DNA of 62,852 nucleotides, filler included, from Octopus bimaculoides (GCF_001194135.2; 7 parts of 7 records of this genome joined end to end with filler, not necessarily neighbours in it), one strand, 5' to 3'. Shown: positions 24,340 through 38,663, numbered from the whole stretch's first letter. Translations and numbers: made by a program. The notes: a model not told the origin generated them from the sequence alone.

Positions 24340-26140
24340 TGATTTTTCTTAAACATATGACGATGGAGCGACAAGTAGAAATGTATGAGCATTTTCAACA
24401 CATGATTCACTCTACTTTCAATATTCCAAAACTGCCAAAGCTGCTTGAGGCATTTCATCTGTATTTGGAGAAGGAGCTGATTTCTAAAAGAACTGCACCG
24501 AAATGATTTTCTCGTTTCGACCTCACAGAATCTTTGCGTTCCGACCAGTCTGTTCAGTTCAATGAGGATCGATTGAACCAGCTTATCCATGCCAACCGGC
24601 TAGGGAAGGGTCCCAGCAGATAGGATGCTCTCTCGATTCCATCTCCTGCAATCTTCACTCGGTGAGTAAGGACCAAAATCTTGTTGCACGGATGCCACAT
24701 AATCAGAAAGAAAGAAACAAATTCCAAAGTGCTTCTATCACTCTTGAGTTTTATCGCACGACATCAGGCTACTTGCAGACACGAACAGAAATTTCTGAAC
24801 AAATTTCTACATTCAACTTCCATGAAACCAAAATCAGCGTGAACGCTAGGAAATCATTTCTGACTCACGATTGCTTCTACTGTGTAGGAACCATCGACGC
24901 CTCTACTGGAAACACTAACGGGGATAAGTTCGTAGCCCTTCATTGAGGATATTCTAAGAACACGTACCCCACCTACAGTTCAGCTCTATACAGGGCGGAT
25001 GGCCTCGCTATCTCAAGTCATGTGAACGAGAACTCCATGAAAATGTTTGGGAAGAATTACAACTATTACCACTAACTTAACAAAGTTCCACCTCCAGGAC
25101 TGAAACCTTCAAACGGGCAAGTACTACTCCTGCAGAAAATGCATCCAGGAAATGCTTCATGTTCATAAACATCCCAGCCACACTACAGCTGTACTCTGAA
25201 ATCTGGTTACAATGAGAAGCGGAAAAATCCCCAGCCTTGTCAGATGGAGAGACCTTTGATAGAATGGCATCCCATTATAATGAGAATTTAGCTAGAAGCT
25301 TGTATGAAGGGAGGGTAGCTCCTCCTGCCCTCCCAGAAATCACTAAAAGAGAAATAGACAAGTAATCAGGTATAAACCTCTAGTCAATCTAAATGTTTCT
25401 GCCCGCGTACAGTAAATTCTCTCTCTCTCTCTTTCTCTTTCCCTCTCTCAGTCTTTCTCTCTGTCTTTCTCTCTGTAATACAAAAGTCATTTCTCACTAC
25501 CCCCTGTCATAAACATTGATGCTGCCTCCGTGCCAAACACAAAGCTTCGCTGACTTATGGATCTTTAATATCTCTCTTGCTTTAAAAAAAATGCCTGCTT
25601 TCTTTTATATCCTGCTACAGGTTGGTATAGATAAATTATGCAGCGGAGGTTTAATCAATGCGTTCACAAGACGTACTTCCTGAGACTATCAAAACGCTCT
25701 CTCCGACTACTACCGACCTCTACTCTTAGTCTATTCTTCAATTCGCTAGGGGTCTCAAAGACTCTCGCCACAACACTTTCATACAGTATCTTCTACTGCT
25801 GATTTATCCCTACAACAACGTGACTCGAAATAACGCATTGGGGTCATATTACTGTAGTGGAAATAAGAAACCATTTTGTTATATTTCACGTTGCACCTGA
25901 ATGTCTGAGGAGATGTACAACCTTTCATATTCATGAAACTTTAAGTAACAATATGAGCTAAGCCAACCTGATTCTAAATAAATGATAAATATAACTCCAA
26001 CAAACTCCAACAAACTGTTTTCTCTTCTGCTTCCTCCTGGGTGCAATATAATACCATACAGGAAATTTCAATCGTCACTAAATGCGACTAAGGGTGCCTA
26101 CAAAACTACATTTCGAGAAATAGGTGTAAAATACTACTTG
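24340..26140 (+). mobile_element. Decayed Penelope-like retroelement (RT, probably followed by a C-terminal GIY-YIG region)
   Basis: YRADGLAI at 24989-25012 (cf. PLE YRDDGLA), ITTNLTK..NLQTGKYY, HKHPSH and TFDRMASHYNENLARSLY (~25252-25305). The EN region is heavily decayed. Confidence 0.72.
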
Positions 26141-26215
26141 TGATGAAGGAAGAGCGCAAATGTATAAACGTACGCTGATAAGGGAAGAAACCACCCCACG
26201 ACCAAATCGGAGAAT

Positions 26216-26268
26216 CTCTCAGATTAAACGTTTAGTTTCGCGTATTTCGTACGCTTCATCAGTGAGAG
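26216..26268 (-). ncRNA. Type I hammerhead ribozyme
   Basis: Minus strand: CUCUCA-CUGAUGA-A-GCGUA-CGAAA-UACGC-GAAA-C-UAAACGUUUA-AUC-UGAGAG. Stem I is 6 bp, stem II is 5 bp, the core is complete, the stem III region is palindromic and the cleavage triplet is AUC. Confidence 0.8.
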
Positions 26269-26341
26269 CTACCCGATCGGCCGATGTCGGCTAATTCCGC
26301 CTGTCAGCATATATATATGTAATTGTGTGTGTGTGTGTGTG

Positions 26342-26377
<36 letters not shown>

Positions 26378-26625
26378 NNNNNNNNNNNNNNNNNNNNNNN
26401 NNNNNNNNNNNNNNNNNNNNNNNNNNNNNNNNNNNNNNNNNNNNNNNNNNNNNNNNNNNNNNNNNNNNNNNNNNNNNNNNNNNNNNNNNNNNNNNNNNNN
26501 NNNNNNNNNNNNNNNNNNNNNNNNNNNNNNNNNNNNNNNNNNNNNNNNNNNNNNNNATTTTCTTGTCCCTGTTTGTATCATCTGTCTGGATATTTTGCGT
26601 TCTTGCCTCATTTTTTGTATTCCTT

Positions 26626-26692
<67 letters not shown>

Positions 26693-27135
26693 ATAGATAA
26701 TCAGCACCAATGCAAACTCTGACTTACACAATGTATGGAAGGATATATATAGAAACAGAAAAATCCAAGAACATTGCACCGATCGTTGTGTTGCATCCAT
26801 CTTTATAGGTGTCAAGTTTTAAATAAGATACTTCGTTACATATACTGAGTTTCCACTGGCATTTTGCGGTCGCCTGTAGGATATTGGCTTCACTGACCAA
26901 TATCCTCCAGGCGACCACATCATGCCAAGCTAAACTCAATATATGTAACGAAGCATTATATTTAAAATGTGACACCTACCGAAATTCAACCTTTAAACGA
27001 TGCATGCTACACAACTATTTGTATTATATCCAACCCGTAAGGGACAGGCGTATGATGTTTCGAAGTGATTGTTGTGTTGAAGGTTCTTGCTCACACCATT
27101 TTCCATTAACTCATTCATTGTACACACGCACACAC

Positions 27136-27198
<63 letters not shown>

Positions 27199-28524
27199 CA
27201 TATGCACCTACACACACACATGCACGACACACACATGCACCACACACACACACACACACACACTAGCTCCCTTCCACTCATTTTTTTAAAATTGTAACCG
27301 TGTTATTTCAGCTGCAAATAGTTCATAAGTTTATGAATTTTATTCACTACTTTACCTGAAAATACATCACTAAGACTAATTATGTTGCCTCCTTCGAAGT
27401 ATGTAATTCGTGGTATTTATTACACCCAAATTTCACAGATAATTTCTAGTCACGCTTACAAAAGAATGCCTTGTACTATTCATTTGGCCATTGAAAACCA
27501 ATAATCAGTTTGTTGTTGTATACAAATTCATGATATAAAATATACAACACTTTGGTCTCAAAAACGGTGGAAAATAGCAAACAAATATCCCTTTATCATA
27601 TCCTGCATAAATGAACAGGACAGTCATGGTTGGCTTGACTTCTATCATCGATGTCTCAGTTAATGCTGTTCTGGTCTAAACAGCAGAAACGACAACAAGC
27701 AAATAAATGGAACGTGTATTGATTTGCCACTAGAAATAGTTATTGGTGATACTTTTAGTTCAATGTAAGCATACATTTGATCGGGTTTATGATCAAAAAC
27801 TTCGTAGCTATCACCACCTCCTGTTTGTCCAGGCAGTGTGCATTCAAAGCCGCTTTTATTTGTCCGTTATGTCCTTTTATGACGTTAGTGTGTTCTGCAA
27901 GGACGATTTGATACTGTTTGTTACAAAACGGTTGTGCGACTACTTTAAACCCCCTGGAGACAAATCATTGCTTTGAGTGAACCTTTTCATGGTAGCAGAA
28001 CAGTAAGAGCTAATTTTCCTGTCTGACAGCTAATTACGAGCATAAGTAACTGGATTTAAGCAGTTGTATTTGTGTAACCGTTTGATCAAAAATATTGCAG
28101 CTTTTGTCATTCAGTCCTTTGTGCATAACAGATTTATATTAAGTTATTGAACGTATGCCTACTTTTTAAGATTGTACTGAGGCTATCTAACCGAAAGTCT
28201 AAAGAATGGACAGGTGTTAGAATGTTCAAAATCGCAGTGAAGAAGGGCACCATGGGCACTCGTTTTTGTTGGTGTGTTGTTGTTACTTAAGGGTCCAGTT
28301 CGACACTCATTGAGCAAACGTTTGATTAAAACATTCCAGCCATGCCCATACCGTTCTTTTCCTCGGGAATTAATTATCTGGCATATTATCCGATATCTCT
28401 CTCCATTTCTAAAGTAATAATAAGCAATTCTTTGGATTCACATATGTACTCATGAGAAACTTGCACGTACGAATATCTATATGCAAGCATACATATAGTG
28501 CATATAAAAGCTTAAGCATACTTT

Positions 28525-28580
28525 AAGGCGGTACTCCAGCATGGCTGCAGTCAAATGACTGAAACAAGTAAACGCAAAAG
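28525..28580 (+). mobile_element. SINE family B 3' end fragment
   Basis: GGCGGTACTCCAGCATGGCTGCAGTCAAATGACTGAAACAAGTAAA. Confidence 0.8.
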
Positions 28581-28874
28581 AAATATTAAAGTATATAAAT
28601 ATTATATGGGTGTGTGACCGAGTGGTATCTACTTCATATGTGTGTATATGTACATACATACATACATACATACATTCAAACAAAAATACCCTGTTGTTGA
28701 TGTTGAAATTCCAATGAAGGAGCCTTGGCTTGGATCTAGGTTAGAAACTGGCTCTTTCTCTATTGGCAAGAAATCTTGAAATACAACTGAACAATGACAT
28801 ACGTACATACACATACATACATACATACATACATACATACATACATACATACATACATACATGCATATATACAC

Positions 28875-28930
<56 letters not shown>

Positions 28931-30091
28931 CGTTAGTAAAAATGTGTACATATACGTATGAGCGTACATGGATAGACGATTCCTATTGGTACATGAACAT
29001 ACGCACACTCTCGCTCACGCACTCACATATACACGATACTTAGAATCCATAAACTACCTGCATGTATTTATTATGAGGCGGTCTCTACGACGTTTACTTG
29101 CTCGGCTTTTCAAAACAAGGAAAAGCCATCAAATGAAAAGTCGACCATGATACTGATGATATTGATGATGCTGATAACAATGATGATAGCGAGGGTGATA
29201 ATGACGACGACGACGACGACGACGACGATGATGATGATCATTACTGAATTTGTTTCAATGGTAATGGCGGTGGTGCTGGTGGTGCTGGTGGTGGTGGCGG
29301 TGGCAGTAGCGGTGATGGTGGTGATGTTTGTCGTTTCGTTGGTTGTTAGCGACTTTCAATGCAGAAATAACTACTCGACCGTATAGTTAATGTCCAACTT
29401 GGATAATATATTTATTTATTGTGGCAGAAATCATTGCCTAACAACCATCTGTGACATTAAACTACGTATCCAACAAATCAAATCCAATTGTTGGTGATTA
29501 GTTGGGAAGGCGTCATATCAGATTTCAGTGAATACAGTGAAGGAGGATGATAAAGAGATAAGTAATAATCGCATATCCCTTTCTTCCTTCTTAAGTTATT
29601 TCCTCCTTTCATCTATCCACCTATCCACTCATATATGTAACGGCTAGTCGCTTAATGTCACAAAACCAGACGAATCAATGTGATATGTCTATATCTGTGT
29701 GTGCGTGCCTGTGTCTGTGTGTGTATGTGTGTATCTGAGTGTGCGCGCACGCATCTGTGTGTGTATGTGCGTGTGCGTATGTGTATCTGTGTGTGTGAAT
29801 CTGATTATTATTGCAATATGCATAAACTATGAATAGTAATACAACCATAGATTTATATGTTTGTATATATGAATGTATGTGTACATGTCAGTGTCTGCTT
29901 GTGTGTGTGTGTGTGTGTGCGTGTGTGTGAGAGTGAGTGTGTGTGCGTGTGTGTGTGACTATGTATAAATATATATATATATATATATATANNNNNNNNN
30001 NNNNNNNNNNNNNNNNNNNNNNNNNNNNNNNNNNNTTAATTAATTAANNNNNNNNNNNNNNNNNNNNNNNNNNNNNNNNNNNNNNNNNNNN

Positions 30092-30191
30092 CCAGTTCTA
30101 TTTAGCAATTCTGTTAGAGGTGTGAGTGCCAGGCAGAACAGGAGTGGAGAGAGCGTGTCTCCCTGGAATATTCCTCTTCTAATGGGGATGG
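30092..30191 (-). mobile_element. R4/Dong RT fragment
   Basis: IPIRRGIFQGDTLSPLLFCLAL. The 5' junction abuts (AAT)n. Confidence 0.8.
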
Positions 30192-30249
<58 letters not shown>

Positions 30250-31140
30250 GTTTCACTTTTGCTTTGTATTTGTCCAAGTTGACTACATATTTCACGCAGA
30301 GTACTCAAGAGACAATAAGTTAGAAGTTCAAGTTGTTATTATGCCTAGGATGCCATATATTTGGTTTTCCAAATATTATTGTTATAGAGAATGTTTAAGA
30401 AAGCAGGAGAATATTATACGTTTGTTTTAAAAGTCAAGCTTACATAGACAGTATTTTATGTAGATTATGGACAATTCCCATCAGCACTATCTTTTGAATT
30501 TCTGCTATTTTGGTGTTTCCTGGTACTGGAGCTAGGTAGGAATCAGCCCATTTTGCTAGCATTCCTAAGACACCTATGACAACAGGTATTGTTTTATTTT
30601 TAAGATAACACATTTTGCCGATTTCTATTTCAAGATCTTTATACTTGCTCAGTCTTTGGTGGGTCTTGACAGATACATATATATCGATCGTGACAGTCAT
30701 ATTAAAGAAGAATGATTTTTGCCTGAAGTCTATCAATATAATGGCTGGCCTATTTGCATCTCTGTCTCTGTTAGGTTGAACGGTGAAGTTTCAGAGAAAC
30801 TTTCATTTTCGAGCAATTGATGAGGTTCGTGTTACCACCAGTTTTTATGAAGGGCAGTTTCAAGTTTTTGCAAATTACTCAGTGAATATACTCTGCTGTT
30901 CTGTCATGCCTGTTGAGATCCTCTGTGGGTGCAAGAAAATTGCACGTTGAGAAATCATGATCAATGGTTTCATTTTGTTTACAAAGACGACATGTAAGAG
31001 TACTGCCGTTCTTTAATATGTTGGCCTGGTTGATCCTTAGAGGTAGGCATTGAACTTGGGCTACTCTGATAAACACTTATGTGTCGAATTTTAAGCCAGT
31101 GATGGGCAAATGTTTTGTCAACATCTACTCTATTAGCTCT
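30250..31140 (-). mobile_element. R4/Dong 3' portion (CCHC zinc motif + REL endonuclease + 3' UTR)
   Basis: CRLCKQNETIDH...C, RHDR, NRPAII, SKYKDLEIEIGKM, IPVVIGVLG. (AAT)n lies on both sides. Confidence 0.88.
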
Positions 31141-31145
31141 CTTTG

Positions 31146-31375
<230 letters not shown>

Positions 31376-31599
31376 TACTGGTTAGACAATGTTTTACCGG
31401 TACATTTGTGTCTTCAGAGTTGTAAATTACTGTTATCTTTGTTACAATACTTAAAGATATCAGGACCTCTAGGTCTGTTTGGTTTATTCATTTTCGACAC
31501 TTTTTCTGGTCACCCAGTGTAGTGGAAGATGAAATCACAGGTAGATTTAATAGATAGTTTCAAGATATATCAGACTCCCACGCTCTCCTCTTTTACATG

Positions 31600-32680
31600 G
31601 AAGAGAAGGTGAACCTCATCAAGTCCAAAGACCAAAGGACTACAACTCTACAATGACGAGAAATAACGGCAGTAGCAGCAACAACAATGAGGAAAACTAC
31701 ACGAACACAAACACTGCTACCAACTCTACCAGTGAAACTGTCAACGATATCTCTATCGCCAATACCATTGCAGCAACAAAAATATAACATGAGCAAAAGC
31801 AAATACTTGGAGACAAGTACAGCAAAGCAAATAGCGACAAAACAACGGGAATAACATTACCAACATCATCAACAGTGATACCGTCACAGTAATGGCTGCC
31901 AAAGTAACTGAACACTTTGATAAGGAGATTTTAGAAAAACAGATATGTCTTTGCCAATTTGCCAAGCAAGTAAAACTAGAAATGCCATGGGCTGACCTTG
32001 CCATTCCCTCTGATGTGTTGGCAGCAATACATACACACACACAAACACACACAAACACACACATACACACACACACACATACACACACACACACACACAC
32101 ACAAGCACTCATACACACTCACACACAAAAACAACCTGACATATCAATGCATATCTACAAACACAAAACGTGGGAAGCGCGCCATCAAACTGACGTAGAA
32201 CGACCACTGAAGGAAATAACGCCCAACATACAGCACATCGTGAGCACCAAGCAATTTGCGGGTATTTGAGTGCTATTGAAGAGCTAAGCTCTACCAATCA
32301 AAGAATCCGTGGTACATTTTCTGAGCAATAACTATGTTGTAAAACCACCATATACAGCAAGAAGAGCAGTAAGCCTTACGAGCTTAAGGAACACACCAGA
32401 GGTGAATATCTGGTGGATATTAGCATGCATCGTCCTTGAGAGAATGAACAGCCACCTAGCAGTCAATTAAAACGACGTGAAACCTGGTCTGTGATAAGTG
32501 TGGAGGTGTTACTCCACATCAAACCAGATAACCTCCACCAGAGCCCATATCTCATTTTACTTCCGGGAGGCGAGGGAATCCATGTAATAACTGATGACTA
32601 TATGCGAGGTGAAACAAGCCACTTGAGAGCATCCTATTTTGCACGTAAGACAGTAAAAATCTCGGCGTCCTTACTGCCTA
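31600..32680 (+). mobile_element. Probable decayed LINE ORF1 (Tx1/L1-like, zinc knuckle), interrupted by (CA)n
   Basis: T/N-rich N-terminus; PGGEGIHVITDD-YMRGETSHLRASY resembles a decayed CX2CX4HX4C knuckle. Confidence 0.4.
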
Positions 32681-35600
32681 CATATGTATGACCTCTGTTT
32701 GATATACGTATATGAGAGAGCAGTCACAGCAACGGTACATTATAACCCAACTGAAAAGTAGAATTATATTATGTTATGCCATCGAGCTTTCAACAGATAC
32801 TATGCTAACTTCATATTTTCCTTCTGTTAAAGAAATAAAAGTAACGCTATTAAATTCGCTAGCCACATATAGACTTTTCACGCAACATACAATCAAGTAA
32901 AAATCGTAGAATCATCCATGCCCTATATTACTAGATCGAAAAATGGCAAGTTATACCAAGCTGAAAGATCGCATAGACTTTTTAGATCTAAGACTTCTAC
33001 AGCAATGCTGAAATTTAAATTCGATATTTCCAGTAAATTTAAACATATGAAGAAGTTCCTTTTGACGAATTGGAGAACACCGCCCTGTGGGGATTGAGTA
33101 GTTGCAACGCAGAAAGTAAACTCCACTTGAATTTTCACCAGATAGCGTTTACACCAGCCAGCTTTACGGTCAAAAGGGACATAACACTTATTCTATAAAT
33201 GTTATCCTGTAATATTTCTTCCACTTTTTAATCCCGCCTTTTCTCGTTTTTTGTGCTCACAGACGCAAGATAACTGCGAGACACTAGGTGTGTTATTAAA
33301 ACCTGCTTAGACAACAGCTCCAGTGTATGAAATTATTAGATACTCATATCTATATNNNNNNNNNNNNNNNNNNNNNNNNNNNNNNNNNNNNNNNNNNNNN
33401 NNNNNNNNNNNNNNNNNNNNNNNNNNNNNNNNNNNNNNNNNNNNNNNNNNNNNNNNNNNNNTATAGTATTTATTGTGTTCGTTTGTGATCGTATAATATT
33501 TTAAAAAAATTATTGTAAGTAGTCGTATTGTATTTTTTTCCTACCAACTACTTTAAATGCGTTCTTGTTTTCAATATATTTAAAATTTTAGGTATGTAAA
33601 TGTGCACTCTCTGACTTGACTAAATCTGCATGTGGATGTACGGAACGATAATAATCTTGACTGTGTTGAGATGTAACTTTTAGAGAAGTACAACAAAAAG
33701 CTAACGGCATGTTACGTTCATAGCATATTAATTAGAAAATATGTCAGTGGTAAGTAATTTGAGTGATGAATATCTTTATTTCATAGTTTTACCTTAGGAA
33801 GAATATGTGGAAAAGTTCCTTTTAGTAATTAGACTCTAGTAATTTGTTTTGCTTTGTGAACAATGTTATTTTGAAAAATATATTTAAATAATTTCAAAAT
33901 ATACACAGCACTCTAGAAAAAGAAAATAAATTTCAAAACCACTTATTGCTTCTCGAGAATCTTTTTAATTAAAAGCATTTTAGTGACATTTTCTAAACAA
34001 AATGCATAATTGGAATATTATGTAATTACAATTGAATATTATGTAATTAAATTAGTGAGTTTGGAACAATGTATTGTGTTTAGTGCAAATATACTATATA
34101 CACATATACAGATATATTAAAGCCTATGTTTGATGTACTAGCACTTTTTCATATACAATCATATCAGTAATAGTTGTTGAAGTTCTATTGAATTACCTAC
34201 CTTCAAAAAGAAGTATTTTCAGATTCGTCCATGTAACAGAGGATATTTAAAATCTTCTTGGAACTAGCGTTTCAATTTTGCTTTTTTCAGGATCGATATA
34301 ACAGTAAATTATGCGCTCAACCATACATAATACATATGTTGAATATATATTCTCTATTTGAATGAACTGAGTCTATAATGCAGCCTATTTTAAAAGAAAA
34401 TATAGAAATCACATCATATACAACTCTTCTACTTTCTTCGGTATTCAATATTAAATTTGGAGATTAATATTCGCATAAATGTTTACACTACCGCGACTTT
34501 CATGTAATTATACATAAGATGATTATATTTCATAAAGTACATCGATCAATCATTCTTCAAAGCTACTTCGTAATTTATTGCTAAACAATTTACAAGACAG
34601 AATATGTTTCTGTATTTGTTTGCTTCTTATACAAAACATATATATTTGGAAATGTATTCTATTGTTCTCAGTAACTCTTTCATGCAACAGTTTGACATAT
34701 TTATGTCTAGCTATGTTGAAAATTGCTTTTTACTTTTCTTCTTTCTCCCTCTTTCTCGCTTTTTCTCTTACATCCCTTCAAATGGTGTCTTCCGTTGTGA
34801 TTTATTGCTTTCAAATAAAAGAAAGCTAGTGTATTCCATTCGCATCGTCCTTTTCCTCTTTATTCTTCACATTAGAATCATTATTTATTACTGAACGTTA
34901 TATAAGTTTGTTAATATTTTAACGTCTTGAATCATCTAACGTTCCATTCCACTTTTTATGATAGTTTCCATGTAGAAATTGTTTATATATATATATAACC
35001 TGTATTTTTTATTGTATCATTACGATATTGTCTTCTCTATAACATACAAGGATGCAACAGTATTTTATATGGTTAGAAAACAAGGTTTCTCAGAAATAAA
35101 AGTAAAAATATTAGCAATTTAATATACTTATTAACTTTCAACATATAATCCTTTATAGACTTTGCATTCAATATTGATAAAGAAACCCATTGGATAATAC
35201 AACGGCTTACATGTGTATGCATGTAAAGATAAGCTTCATAATGCATGCAATGTAATTCACGCAATATACGTTTTTGTCGAGATTATTGGCCAAATAACTG
35301 CATATTCTTTATAAGTTTCAATGCATATTTAGCAACAAAGAGCGAGATAATTTACACGTGTATGAACATCCAAGATCTGTCTTGTATATTTTTGTATTAT
35401 AATATATTAGAAATTATTCACACGAATAAAATGTTGGAGATGGCTCGAATTAGTGCGACCACCTTCTAGGAAACAATGTTAGAACATTGATATAATAAGA
35501 GTATATATCCAAAAGACAAAAGAATTTGAGTCATTACATGCATTAAATTTATCAATATTATAACAGACACGTGTTTCAAATTATATGTATAACATAAGTT

Positions 35601-35865
35601 ATTCACAATGCACAAAGACTTCCGCATGCCAGGAAGTAAACGGTGTAAAGAAATGTATTAAATAGTGAATTCATATTTAAAAAAGGTAATGAACAATATT
35701 ATTCATGCACCTGTGAGATTCATGTAAATTTCAAACCTCAATACCTAGTTACCAGTTCACACAGAATTTGCAACCGATATTTCGTGAGGAATGGCGTATT
35801 AGCTCGTTTTTACAGATTAGCAAACACACACAGAGGCACAAATGCATACACACGCACACTGACAT

Positions 35866-35911
<46 letters not shown>

Positions 35912-38622
35912 NNNNNNNNNNNNNNNNNNNNNNNNNNNNNNNNNNNNNNNNNNNNNNNNNNNNNNNNNNNNNNNNNNNNNNNNNNNNNNNNNNNNNNNNT
36001 ATATATGTATGTATATAATCGACTACACCATTCGATACTAGGAAATAATCATGATACCCGTTAAAAATATTTGTTACAAAGTTAGAGCAAATATTTGTGT
36101 AGTTTAGGTGATAGAGAAAGTTATCTGATCCAAATATATCTATTAGTTTTAGTCCGTTTTATGAAGGAAGTTAAAATTTGAGAAATGACGGACAACTTAA
36201 ATATTTGCGATATTATTCGTTAGTACAGATTTAAGAGGACATGTGGTTTGTGAACATACACAAGCGCGCATAAATACATACAACCAAACGAACTAATAAG
36301 CATGTCTTAAATAGAAATTTTTAGTTTCGCTCTGGAAATAAAGCCAACTATACATTTATTTATTTCTTTTATCTCTTTAGACAGCGGCTATACTGGGGTT
36401 TATTTATAATTTTGTGATTGCTACGTAAAAAATCTGCCAGTTCTTTGAGAAACAGGTACTTATTACTGTTCATATTGTACAATAACGTAAGTACATTCAT
36501 TGTGATTAAGTGTGCAACCGGTCTAATCGAAGCTCAATACTTCAATTGAACATTTTCATGCAGTCCCGGATTGGTGAAAGAGAAATTAATTCATATTGGT
36601 AACTGAACTCGGAACGAGTAAAATGTTCGTGATAAAATATTCAGTTCATTCTGTTCAGGTTTGCTGTCTTCCATCCTTATCGTAATACAAATAATAGTAA
36701 TACTAATTCATATTGATGATGATGTTGATAACTGTAATACTTTCTAGTAATACTAGCAATATATTGTCAACACTAATGCAAAGATGCGTTAAAGTTTCGT
36801 ATTTAAATAGCCTGTGTACATTGGAACATAACAATATTATCTGATGTCTTTATTCCAAACTCTATAGATGGTTTTCTGATATTGGGCAATCACTTCTTCC
36901 TGTTATAGGAGTAATATTCTTATCTTAACGCTCTATTGTTGACTTAGACGCTTGTTCTATTCTCCAGATTTCACTGTCAGTATTATAATTCCAGCTGTGT
37001 TAAGATCAATTTTACTGTACATGTGTGAGAATAACATACTGCATTTATCATCTGAAATTAAATCACTTCTTCACAAATTACAATCCTGACTGCTGAAATG
37101 GTTCTGAAAACAGCGTCGACCTATGCTGAACTTTATACCGAAGTTCAACAAATTTGCTTAAAGTCATTCTCGCTTTCTCTGCCATGCGACATAAAATTAG
37201 AGATTACTGAAGTAGAGTAGCCAACCGAATGAACAGCGTAAGCTGTAGGACCAAACGAATGAGCTAAGTGAAAATTTAATACTAATATATAAGTGTCGTA
37301 CTATTTCCTCTGTTTATTTGCAATGAAATTATGCTGTGTTCGAATGAATTCTCCCGTAAAAATCATGATAAATAGGATTCAAATTTGTACACTCAAGATG
37401 TATAAGTGTATAAGTGATATAAATGATGCAAGTGGTATGCATTATTTTTGTAAACTTTATTCTTTTATTACGTTTCGCTCTCTATTTACTTTTGTTTCTC
37501 TGAGTCATTTCTCATTTTAACTCTTATTTTGAAGTTTTGTATACGTGTGCATTTTCACTACCATTATGAAAATCGATTCGCTATAATTTCTTTTTCTCTA
37601 AATATAATAAACAGGTGGTAATTAATTTGTGTTATCAAATATTCAGTCAGATGCCTTCTAGGGTAAAACATGTTTCATATCTGCTCGAGAAGCACACGAA
37701 CGGGGTAGAGCATGTGACAATGGCAACCCTTCCGAAGTTGCTGACAATGATACCTTTAACGTTCTGTGATAACTGCTGCATGTTCACATATATAGGAAAT
37801 ATATATGCGTTAGAGGTTACAGGACATATATTCTAAGAATGAATTGTATAAAGGGAGAAATGTGTAATTAGGAAAAGGTGGCTGTATATATTAACCTTCA
37901 CAGAAGTTGGAGGGGCGAGTGGGCTTGCTTGAAGTATGTGAATTATGAGAAGAGACGTTTCTGAGGTATAAAGGTTCTTATATTAACGAAAGAAAGGCTC
38001 ATAGATTTACAATAATCTTCGCCAAAGATTTATGTGTGTTCGTTAGTGTTGGAGTGCCAATGAACTTAGTGACAATTCTGAGTGCTATTCCTGATGTCAG
38101 TGTGTGTCTTGTAGCAGTACCATTCTATTCAGAATCCTAAATACACGTTGAATTGTGTCAACAGCTGTTGGATGTGATACAACTTATGGGATTAATGGAA
38201 AATGCTAAAGTTTGGAATGCTATTCTAGCGATGTACGTTGGCCAGAAAAGGTTATCAATGACATAATTTTCAGAAGTACAAGGTTCTTTAGGTGAGTACT
38301 ACTCATGTTTAAAGACGAATGTGGACTGCATGTGTTTTCTCGGTATGATGATATTTAAGCTTTTATTTTGCACTTATAATCAATAAGGTTAGTACGGTCT
38401 CACAGAATGATAGACTCAAAATATCAGTTTATGGAGTTTTGTGTGATGCACGTTTTGTGAAAATTAAGGAACACTGAATGGTTGTGTCCTTTGTATAAGG
38501 GTCGCTGTTGTTGAATAATCATTTGTCTTTAACTGAAAGAGAGTAGGGGACAGAAAAATACCCAGCCGTACAACGTATTTAACTGAGTACTTGTGCGCGC
38601 GCAAGAGTGATAGAAAGAGAGA

Positions 38623-38663
<41 letters not shown>

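Noticed and set aside
24273-24590. 105-aa minus-strand ORF as a host gene
   Set aside because: It lies antisense to the Penelope-like ORF remnant and has no splice or homology support.
24340-26140. Selenoprotein-encoding Naiad-type PLE (TGA read-through)
   Set aside because: The stops are a mix of TAA, TAG and TGA with frameshifts, and no N-terminal endonuclease was seen. Ordinary decay explains it.
32591-32625. CTGATGA...GAAAC hammerhead-like spacing
   Set aside because: Stem II does not pair, there is no U16.1, and it lies in putative ORF1 coding remnant.
35618-35637. Inverted ETS-like pair ACTTCC-N8-GGAAGT
   Set aside because: A 6-bp inverted repeat is expected by chance in 60 kb, and there is no promoter context.
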